Positions 9,178 to 16,878 of a DNA stretch of 64,000 nt are shown here, in pieces. Source of the DNA: Pseudomonadota bacterium (GTDB lineage: Bacteria > Campylobacterota > Campylobacteria > Campylobacterales > Sulfurimonadaceae); contig JAZDQA010000004.1 of the NCBI GenBank assembly GCA_043797085.1, forward strand, positions 128,419-192,418. Direction: 5' to 3'. The first letter of the stretch is position 1. Every line of letters begins with the position of its first letter. The notes under the pieces are model-generated. The model did not search any database, was not told the DNA's origin, and saw only the letters and a list, made by a program, of their open reading frames with translations. Position numbers and translations under genes: made by a program.

Positions 9178-11596
9178 GCGGTTCCTTTGGAAGTGGTCGA
9201 TTATTGGCATATTCGTCAAACGCGATCTTACCCGCACCGCAGGCAAAACATCCATGACCTGCTTGTACCGGCCAGCTAGTTCCCTCATTAAACTTTACTT
9301 GTGGGCAGTTCATTTGGGCATACGGTCCTTTGCATCCCATTTGAAACAAACACCACCCTTTTTTTGCCCCTTCATCCCCCCATTCGAGGACAAACTCACC
9401 CAAATCAAAATGTCCGCGCCGTTCGCAGTTATCATGAACTAAAAAACCATACGCCCACTCAGGACGATTTTTGGCATCCAGTTTTGGAAATTCGTCAAAC
9501 ATCATAAAATGAAGCAATGTTCCTACAATATTGATTGGATTAACCGGACATCCGGGGAGATTGATAATGTCTTTTCGCCCCAGTGCTTCTGAAACTCCAA
9601 CAGCACCGGTCGGATTAGGTGCGGCAGCTACGACACCGCCATCATACGCACACGATCCCACGGCGATGACAGCTGCCGCATCTTTTGCAACACGTTGAAG
9701 CAGTGCATGTCCTGTTTCCCCTTTTGGACCGATACGTAAATATTTTCCATCCAGACCAAGCGGTACTGCTCCCTCGACAATCAAGATGTATTTACCTTTG
9801 TCATATTTGATAATATTATCAAGCACGTTTTCCGATTCTTCACCCGATCCAGCCATTAGTAGCTCATGGTAATCAAGCGAAATGTATTTAAGAATCAAAT
9901 CATCGATTTTCGGATGAGATGATTTGATAAACCCTTCTGAATTTCCACTGCAATCAGAGAGTTCCAACCAGATGATAGGGATTTTATTGAGCTGCGCAAC
10001 CCCCTCTTTCACCACCTCTTCGAAATCAGGATGCAAATGCATCGTCGCCGTAATCATCGAAACCCATTGGTTATATTCTCGGCTCATATCAAAAGAAGCG
10101 ATTGCTTCTTCAAGATTTTCGGCACTGAGCTGATTTTTAGGATGGATGGTATTGTATTTATTGATCCGTGCACGAACACGTTCCAGCTCCGCTTCTTTAA
10201 GCTTATTTTCTCGTTCCTCTCTAAGTCGTACAGCTTCTTCATGATTTACTGGCGTAGCCGCGATCAAAGCAGAAATATCTTGCTTGCAACGACCGCATAC
10301 ACGACCTGCATTGGTATACGGTTTAAGTTCGATAAATGAAGTAATAGCATTGAGCTTGATAATTTCAATGAGATCTTCTTCATAAGCACTCTCACAACTG
10401 CAAACCAAACGACCCTTTGTGCTATTGAGACGATTTGAGTAAAAGTACGCCGGATCAATTGTCTCATTTTTTTCCATTAATTTCTTGAGATGGATCAAAT
10501 CAATATTGGTATTAATACCGATAAAGCGCTGGAGGTGATCATGATTGATGATGTATTGATCGATTCGATTTTTATGGGTGATGAGGATGGTTTCGTTCTC
10601 TGAATCTTTAGGATTATAATTTGGGGAACGCACATCAGCAAAAAGAAATGAACCCACTTTTAGCCCATCAATAGACACCGTTTGCTCAAAAGTTTTTCTT
10701 TCTAGCCCCAACAATGTGTTAATAGCAACATCAGCTTGCAATGTACATTCTTTTACTCGTCCGGCAATAAATCCATTTTTACGCAATTGTGCTGCTTCAC
10801 CGACACAATAAATATCAGGATTAGAGGTACGCATTGTGTCGTCTACTAAAATACCTTTGTCACAATCGAGCACTCCACGGGCGAAAGAGACATTAGGATC
10901 AATCCCTGCTCCAAAAATAAGAAAAAGATTGTCAATCGTTCTATGACGCGTTTGGATTTCAGTGATTTCATTTTTATTAACTTTTTTACTGACTATCTCA
11001 TCATTAAAATCGATTCGTATTCGTGGATCTTGTTCGAAAATTCCTCGTAGCAGTGCAATCCCCTCTCGACTTAAATCCGATGAATAAAGATGCTCTTTTC
11101 GAGCAAGTAAAGTAATTGATTCTGGGAATGGACTGCGCATCAGTGTATCAAGAAGTTCCAGCCCGATAGGTCCAACTCCCACTATCACGATATTCTTTCC
11201 GATTATTCCTTGCTCTATTTTTGTACACTCTTTTTCACTTCGAAACGTCGATGCATTCTTGATTCCCTGAATATCAAAAGGTGCTTTAGGCTGAGATCCG
11301 GTTGCAATTATGAGTTTATCATAGGAAAATGCTGCATGTTCACTTAAAATACGTTTGGTTGAGACATCAATACCGACAATTGCCTGATTGAGTTCCAAAC
11401 GTACTTTAGGATCAAGATCAAGGGTAATCGACTCAACGCATTGGCTTTTTTCCACAAGAGCGCAAAGATGAATTCGGTCATACGGAGAATGAGATTCCTC
11501 AGATACAATCAGAACCTCACACGAACGATCCTTTTGCAATAACGTGTTAGCAAGATATACAGCAGATATTCCACCGCCTACAATCACAATCCGCAT
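9170..11596 (-). CDS. Fusion: FAD/NAD(P)H oxidoreductase + BFD-like [2Fe-2S] + [NiFe]-hydrogenase small subunit
   Basis: N-terminal GGGISA, ATGS, GVGPIG, TSNPDIYCVGE and CSC...CGRC. C-terminal WLELSDCSGNSE, GSCAYDGG, NLPGCP, HDNC, CLFQMGCKGP and GHGCFAC. Confidence 0.9.
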   Translation of the reverse strand: MRIVIVGGGISAVYLANTLLQKDRSCEVLIVSEESHSPYDRIHLCALVEKSQCVESITLDLDPKVRLELNQAIVGIDVSTKRILSEHAAFSYDKLIIATGSQPKAPFDIQGIKNASTFRSEKECTKIEQGIIGKNIVIVGVGPIGLELLDTLMRSPFPESITLLARKEHLYSSDLSREGIALLRGIFEQDPRIRIDFNDEIVSKKVNKNEITEIQTRHRTIDNLFLIFGAGIDPNVSFARGVLDCDKGILVDDTMRTSNPDIYCVGEAAQLRKNGFIAGRVKECTLQADVAINTLLGLERKTFEQTVSIDGLKVGSFLFADVRSPNYNPKDSENETILITHKNRIDQYIINHDHLQRFIGINTNIDLIHLKKLMEKNETIDPAYFYSNRLNSTKGRLVCSCESAYEEDLIEIIKLNAITSFIELKPYTNAGRVCGRCKQDISALIAATPVNHEEAVRLREERENKLKEAELERVRARINKYNTIHPKNQLSAENLEEAIASFDMSREYNQWVSMITATMHLHPDFEEVVKEGVAQLNKIPIIWLELSDCSGNSEGFIKSSHPKIDDLILKYISLDYHELLMAGSGEESENVLDNIIKYDKGKYILIVEGAVPLGLDGKYLRIGPKGETGHALLQRVAKDAAAVIAVGSCAYDGGVVAAAPNPTGAVGVSEALGRKDIINLPGCPVNPINIVGTLLHFMMFDEFPKLDAKNRPEWAYGFLVHDNCERRGHFDLGEFVLEWGDEGAKKGWCLFQMGCKGPYAQMNCPQVKFNEGTSWPVQAGHGCFACGAGKIAFDEYANNRPLPKEPHE

Positions 11597-11684
11597 TCTT
11601 TATCCTTGTTATGAACTCTTCACTATTATGCCACATCAATGATAAGTCACGATAAAATAAACACCAATTAGTTATACTTTCAGT

Positions 11685-11891
11685 ATGGAATCAACTAAAG
11701 AGCAACTTATCAGCGATATTCAAAATTTACTGAACCGTTACGACGGATTAAAACCAACAACAATAAATCCAAATCTTTTGCAATTTATGGACAAACCAAC
11801 TCTTCTGCAAATCATTAACTCCGTGTTAAAGCAGCAAGAAAACGCAAATGAAGACAATGTTGAGTGGTTACAACAATTTAAAACGATATAA
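11685..11891 (+). CDS. Small hypothetical protein
   Basis: 68-aa ORF with TATACT a few bases upstream and no SD (possibly leaderless). Confidence 0.6.
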   Translation: MESTKEQLISDIQNLLNRYDGLKPTTINPNLLQFMDKPTLLQIINSVLKQQENANEDNVEWLQQFKTI

Positions 11892-11999
11892 TTTTCTTTT
11901 TTAATATTGTTAATAACTGTTTTAGAATATAATTACACTGTAAATTACAATGACATTTTTTAACATGTTGTTGAATATCATATTTTAGGAGCCTTACCT

Positions 12000-12545
12000 A
12001 TGTCTAATATTGACTTGATCCAACTTACAGAACAAACCAAAAAACTTACAGCAATGGTTGTAGAAGACGAAGTGGTAGCCAATGACCTTCTAAGTTCTAC
12101 GTTTAAAAACTTTTTTGCAGATGTAACATCTGCTTATAATGGTGCAGAAGCTTTACGTGTATACGAAAAAATGAATCCGGACATCGTATTTGTTGACATT
12201 ATCATGCCAGAAATTGATGGTATCGAACTTTCTCGCCGTATTCGTGCGATCAATCCATCACAAATCATTATCGTTATTTCAGCAAGTAATGATATTCAAA
12301 AGATTTCAGAATCAATCGAAGTTGGTGTAAACAGCTTTATCCAAAAGCCAATCGATACTAAAAAAATTCTTGAAATGCTTCACAATATCGTTTCCCTTAT
12401 CTCTAAGCGTAAGAAAATAGAAACAAAAACATTTTCAATCTCATTGCCATTAGATGTATATGAATTGGTAGATGACAATGCAAAAGCAGAGAGTATCTCT
12501 AAAAATGCTGTTATCATCCGTGCATTGCGTTCATTTTACAACTAA
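12000..12545 (+). CDS. Response regulator with C-terminal ribbon-helix-helix-like domain
   Basis: REC motifs VVEDE, FVDIIMPEIDG, ISA, QKP; C-terminal TFSISLP...SISKNAVIIRAL. Confidence 0.85.
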   Translation: MSNIDLIQLTEQTKKLTAMVVEDEVVANDLLSSTFKNFFADVTSAYNGAEALRVYEKMNPDIVFVDIIMPEIDGIELSRRIRAINPSQIIIVISASNDIQKISESIEVGVNSFIQKPIDTKKILEMLHNIVSLISKRKKIETKTFSISLPLDVYELVDDNAKAESISKNAVIIRALRSFYN

Positions 12546-12560
12546 ATTTTCCTAAGTTTT

Positions 12561-12599
12561 AGATCATAATGGATTTCCATTATGATTTAGCTTTTTTTC
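12561..12599 (+). terminator. Intrinsic terminator
   Basis: Hairpin ATCATAATGG-ATTT-CCATTATGAT followed by a T run, right after the regulator stop. Confidence 0.65.
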
Positions 12600-12648
12600 A
12601 GCTTTTTATCACTATAATTTCGGCTCAGGAATTAATTCCTACAAAAGT

Positions 12649-12723
12649 GGCTCCATCATCTAATGGTTAGGATTTCAGATTTTCATTCTGGTCATAGGGG
12701 TTCAAATCCCCTTGGAGTCACCA
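12649..12723 (+). tRNA. tRNA-Glu(TTC)
   Basis: 75-nt cloverleaf: acceptor GGCTCCA/TGGAGTC, anticodon arm TCAGA-TTTTCAT-TCTGG, T-loop GGTTCAAATCC, encoded CCA; TATAAT upstream. Confidence 0.96.
12699..12723 (+). repeat. attL core (tRNA 3' end)
   Basis: GGTTCAAATCCCCTTGGAGTCACCA, identical to 18138-18162. Confidence 0.93.
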
Positions 12724-12771
12724 TAACACTTTCCCTACACAACGTACTTTCAACCACTTTAAGCTTTATTG

Positions 12772-12797
12772 GGTCTCCGCTTGGGTCTCCACTTTTT
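12772..12797 (+). repeat. Putative integrase arm-type sites, left
   Basis: GGTCTCC-N5-GGTCTCCACTTTTT; the same arrangement occurs at 18015-18040. Confidence 0.65.
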
Positions 12798-12820
12798 TCT
12801 TTAAGTTTTCATTATTAACC

Positions 12821-13078
12821 CTATCCTATTTGATTTTTTGCTATCAACTTATTCACTTCTACGATCTTATAAAAGAGTTTTCCTCCGAATTTATAATATG
12901 GTATTTCATTATTCATCCTCATTTTTGCCAATGTCGATTTATTGAATGCGAAAAGGCTAATTAATTCAGCCTCCGTTGCAAACTCTTTTTCAGGTTGTAT
13001 CAGTGCTTTTAACTGCTCCATTATTTTGTTCTGAAACACCACTAAGTCACTTTTAGTAATCAGGTCAATTGTTGCCAT
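12821..13078 (-). CDS. Excisionase/HTH_17-like DNA-binding protein
   Basis: Small ORF with STLAKMR...IPYYKFGGKLFY motif typical of Xis/AlpA-type winged HTH; SD GGAG. Confidence 0.8.
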   Translation of the reverse strand: MATIDLITKSDLVVFQNKIMEQLKALIQPEKEFATEAELISLFAFNKSTLAKMRMNNEIPYYKFGGKLFYKIVEVNKLIAKNQIG

Positions 13079-13090
13079 CACCCTGCTCCA

Positions 13091-14404
13091 TTAAAATACA
13101 ATCTCTTCAGATATATCACGTTTTTCTATTTCGTCCCGAATATCTTGCAAATGTTTAAACGCATTGTCATATGCCATAAACGGCTCTTCCATTTCACTTT
13201 CCATGAAACGCAAATGTTCTAGTAACTCATAGTCAGTTAGCATCTCTAATCTTGGAAATCTATAGGGAGCAAGATATTGTTTATAAATAAGCTTGTAGCT
13301 AAACTTAAACTCTTTTTTCTTAAGACGCTCTAACTCAGATTGTACTTTTCCATAAAACTGTTCATCAAGAATAACACCATCAATATCACATCGTCTATTA
13401 AATGCTAAAAAATCTTTGATTGCTTCTGTTTCAGAATATGTTCTAATTTTTCGTTTCAGCCGATGAAGCGGTAAGTCTAATTGTAAAAAATTCTCAAGCG
13501 CGTAGCTCTCTTTTAAGTAAGTCCATAATGGCAGTGTTGTAGCACGGTTCTTATTATTTGAATTTTTCTCATTCTCCGTAATACTGGAAAGATCAACTAA
13601 ACGTAAAGCATCCATACAGTCTCTAAAGAGCGCATCGGCTTGTTTAAATAAATCGTCAATCGTATTAATGCCATACACTCGAAGCAAATGCTCGCGATGC
13701 ATCTCAAACTCAAGATTAAACACCGTTTTTCTTATTTCAAAGCCATTATTTAAGAAATGTTCCCACATCATTTCGTATTTATCCGTACGTTCCAGCTCTA
13801 AGCTTTTATTGTACATTCGTAAAAGAAACGGCTTTTTTCCAATATAAAGAGTTTGCATTCCATATTTGGACGCAATTTCTTTAGAAATCGTTTGGTAAAT
13901 ACGTTTACGCGTCACAAACATTTCTTTTGTGATCCATGAAAAATCATCTTGAACAAAGATATTCAAATCCGCACGGGTTATCGGCTTAAGTCCAGTTATA
14001 AAACCATCAAGTAAGTCATCAATAAGTTTCACGATTGCTTTAATGCCAAAAGTATAAATACCTTTCGCGTTTAGCTGAACTTGAATATTGTGAAGGTTCT
14101 TATTTTTAGTTGGGTCTTTGAAAGCAATACGAAAAAGCGAATCTGAATGTTTTAACCAATAAAACCCTTGATCTTTACCTGAAAAAACTAGCTGTTGTTC
14201 ATTGATCGTGATTGATATGTCAGAATATTTATACATCGTATTATTCTTTTCAAGTTGTGACTTCTTCTCTTCAATCTGATCGATTATGTCTAAAAAAAGA
14301 TCGTCATAGTATGAATTAGTTTGATAAAAATAGTAGAGAGTATCAATCCCACTAATTGTTTTTGGTAAATGTGTTAATTTGAGTTCACTATTGAGATTAA
14401 GCAT
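13091..14404 (-). CDS. Rep_trans-family rolling-circle replication initiator / MOB_T-like relaxase
   Basis: GIDTLY, ITRADLNI, TLYIGK, RMYNKS and FNLEFEMHRE motifs in family order. Confidence 0.8.
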   Translation of the reverse strand: MLNLNSELKLTHLPKTISGIDTLYYFYQTNSYYDDLFLDIIDQIEEKKSQLEKNNTMYKYSDISITINEQQLVFSGKDQGFYWLKHSDSLFRIAFKDPTKNKNLHNIQVQLNAKGIYTFGIKAIVKLIDDLLDGFITGLKPITRADLNIFVQDDFSWITKEMFVTRKRIYQTISKEIASKYGMQTLYIGKKPFLLRMYNKSLELERTDKYEMMWEHFLNNGFEIRKTVFNLEFEMHREHLLRVYGINTIDDLFKQADALFRDCMDALRLVDLSSITENEKNSNNKNRATTLPLWTYLKESYALENFLQLDLPLHRLKRKIRTYSETEAIKDFLAFNRRCDIDGVILDEQFYGKVQSELERLKKKEFKFSYKLIYKQYLAPYRFPRLEMLTDYELLEHLRFMESEMEEPFMAYDNAFKHLQDIRDEIEKRDISEEIVF

Positions 14405-14443
14405 CTGATGTCCTTATTTTGTATTATGTATGATGTTTAGATA

Positions 14444-14464
14444 GGAGTGTTACTAGAACGCTCC
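14444..14464 (-). other. Putative double-strand origin / nick-site hairpin
   Basis: Minus strand GGAGCGTT-CTAGT-AACACTCC, 40 bp upstream of rep. The CTAGTAACA loop resembles Rep_trans/MOB_T nick sites. Confidence 0.55.
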
Positions 14465-14999
14465 CAACAAGATCGAAATTAATCGATCACAGCCCGAACC
14501 TGCGAAAATATTTTCTAAATGTTTAAACAGTGAAATAGTAGTTTTTTTTGAGATTGTCGGGAATAGCGACATTTTGCTGTTTGAAAGTACCTTGTTGTGG
14601 GAGCTATAGAGGGCTCATTGTCGCTATTAGCGACATATCGATTATTTAGACAGAGAAAAATTGGTGCAAGTGTTTGGCGCTTCGGCCAGCGAATAGCCTT
14701 ATTTGACGCATAAAGTTGTATTAAAGGGTTTCGCCTACGGCGAGGCTCTGGAAGAAGAAGTATTACGTTGTGGCGAAGAGGCTTAATCGGCCTAAGTCAC
14801 CGCGTCTCGGGACAGAGTCCCACGCGGTTTGGCTTGGTCAGGCCTTAGCTAGTGTTACGTTTGGTGTACGCGCGTTTGCGCTTCCGCATATCGGGTCAGG
14901 GGGAATATCCCCCGCAGACAGCCCCCTCATAAATGAAAAACCTAATATAAGATATCTTAGTTATACTACTTACAAAATATATTTTTAGGAAAAAGCATT

Positions 15000-15974
15000 A
15001 TGAATTTACCTGCTACTGATTTAACACAAGGTGATTATAAATGTTACCTAGCTGTCATGGATGCAAAAACTGTCTATGAACATTCAATTGTATCAAGAGC
15101 AGTTGATGATCCTGACAAAGGTTATCAAAGACACTTAGATGAGAAACGGGCAAAAGATATTGCGAATTATTTAGATGATGGTAATGTCATTCCAGGTTGT
15201 ATAATTCTTAGTGCTCAAGAATCGGCAAAACTGACTTTTGAGAATGCTAGTATTACTTTTGATGATACTGCAAGTGACGCTTTTTTTGTTATTGACGGTC
15301 AACATAGGCTGTATGGTTCACACATGGCAACTACAGATATAAATTTACCTGTGTACATCTTTCAAGGTTTAGAGATCCAAGAAGAAATTCAATTGTTTTT
15401 AGATGTAAATTCAAAACAAAAAGGTGTGCCAAAAACACTTCGAATAGCTTTGACAAAATTTTTAAATGAACCAGAATCTATCGAACAAATTCGTCTTGAA
15501 CTATTTAATAAATTAAATACAGATCCTGAATCACCCTTATTTAACCGATTAAGTAGCTCAACATCTGTTGCAGGAAAATTATCACAAGTACCTTTTCAAG
15601 ATGCGATCAACCCCGTATTAGAAACAAATGTTATGAAAGCATTAGAGTTCGATAAAAAATATATACTCCTTGTAAATATTTTAAATGCAGCTTCAGATAT
15701 TCTTACTGAAACATTAGGTGATTCAAAAAGGCTTACCACTACAGTCTTCTTTATTTCACTATTTAAAAACTTTGAATTAATATGTAACTTTGCATTAATG
15801 TCAGGAGGATATAAATATGAAAACTTTCAAGGGGCAATCCAGCCACTTAAATATATCGATTTTGAAGGCTATGCAGGTACAGGAAGTGCAGCAAATAAAC
15901 TAATGACAGATGCAATGAGACAACTCATAGAAAGTCATTATCATAAATTAAATAATGTCGATAACTTATTTTAA
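15000..15974 (+). CDS. DGQHR (DndB-like, ParB/Srx-fold) domain protein
   Basis: YQRHLDEKRAKDIANYL, IPGCIILS, VIDGQHRLYG, LFLDVNSKQKGV. Confidence 0.9.
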   Translation: MNLPATDLTQGDYKCYLAVMDAKTVYEHSIVSRAVDDPDKGYQRHLDEKRAKDIANYLDDGNVIPGCIILSAQESAKLTFENASITFDDTASDAFFVIDGQHRLYGSHMATTDINLPVYIFQGLEIQEEIQLFLDVNSKQKGVPKTLRIALTKFLNEPESIEQIRLELFNKLNTDPESPLFNRLSSSTSVAGKLSQVPFQDAINPVLETNVMKALEFDKKYILLVNILNAASDILTETLGDSKRLTTTVFFISLFKNFELICNFALMSGGYKYENFQGAIQPLKYIDFEGYAGTGSAANKLMTDAMRQLIESHYHKLNNVDNLF

Positions 15975-15977
15975 TAT

Positions 15978-16865
15978 ATGCCAATTATTGCGTTTAAAGA
16001 AAGCATATCTGCTTATCTAAAGGAAATTGACTACAAAGCAGAAACGTATAATTTTTCACCTCTGCATACATTCAAAAATAGTCTTTTGACAGATCCAAAT
16101 GTAGCCGTAAACATTTACGCAAAGAATGCATTTTATGTTCAAATCAATACTAATGATTTTAACGAAATTTTAACGAATACATTTTATTATAACTACTCAA
16201 GATTCCAAGAACAAACTAAACAAATAGAATATTTAAAAGTCTCGACAAGTTCTGCTTGGCTTTTAACAACTATCTATTATGCATGTTTTTTTGCTGCTAA
16301 TGAAATAACAAATTTACATGGGGTATACAATTTAACACTTACAGAAGATGATAAAAAAAAATTGATTCCTAGGAATACATCGAATCAAGATAGCTTAGTT
16401 AGAGATTTCTTAACAAAGGGGCCAACCCACTTTGAAGGAAAAGCGAAGGCAATAGCAGATAATAACACTATACAAATTCATTTTTTTAGTGGAGGGGGGA
16501 AACCGCATGAATTAACATGGAATAATTTGAAAAAAGTTCTGTCATATGGTAGCCGTGCAAGTGAAAACCGCCTTAAGCAACTCACTCGAATAAAAAATAT
16601 TTTATCAAATATACAGCAATGGAAAAGACCAAATCAAATCCGTAATGAATGGAATTATTCTAAACCGGAGTTATATCTTGATGATGGAAATAGACATAAA
16701 GATACGATAATTAATTTCCTTGACAATTTTCAAAGTATAAATAGATGGGCAGCAAGAACATCTAGCAAACGCACAAATATTGATGATGATGTTATTAGTA
16801 TACTTTTTTTATTTGAAATACTCAAAAATACACTTGAAGAATACAAACTAAATATATTAAACTGA
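15978..16865 (+). CDS. HEPN-like protein, putative effector
   Basis: YYACFFAA helix, KPH, and IRNEWNY (R-x4-Y variant of the HEPN motif); starts 3 bp after the DGQHR gene. Confidence 0.6.
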   Translation: MPIIAFKESISAYLKEIDYKAETYNFSPLHTFKNSLLTDPNVAVNIYAKNAFYVQINTNDFNEILTNTFYYNYSRFQEQTKQIEYLKVSTSSAWLLTTIYYACFFAANEITNLHGVYNLTLTEDDKKKLIPRNTSNQDSLVRDFLTKGPTHFEGKAKAIADNNTIQIHFFSGGGKPHELTWNNLKKVLSYGSRASENRLKQLTRIKNILSNIQQWKRPNQIRNEWNYSKPELYLDDGNRHKDTIINFLDNFQSINRWAARTSSKRTNIDDDVISILFLFEILKNTLEEYKLNILN

Positions 16866-16878
16866 TTATCAAAAACTT

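Noticed and set aside
9178..9288. N-terminal extension of HydB
   Set aside because: Overlaps the upstream gene; the family N-terminus begins at ATG 9177.
9170..11596. Assimilatory nitrite reductase NirB
   Set aside because: Shares only the FAD/NAD and BFD part; the siroheme domain is replaced by a hydrogenase small subunit.
14770..14988. 72-aa ORF in the element spacer
   Set aside because: GTG start, no recognisable motifs, and it overlaps the hairpin tract; more likely non-coding.
15000..15974. Phosphorothioate (dnd) modification system
   Set aside because: Only a DndB-like gene is present; no dndACDE or ssp genes in the window.
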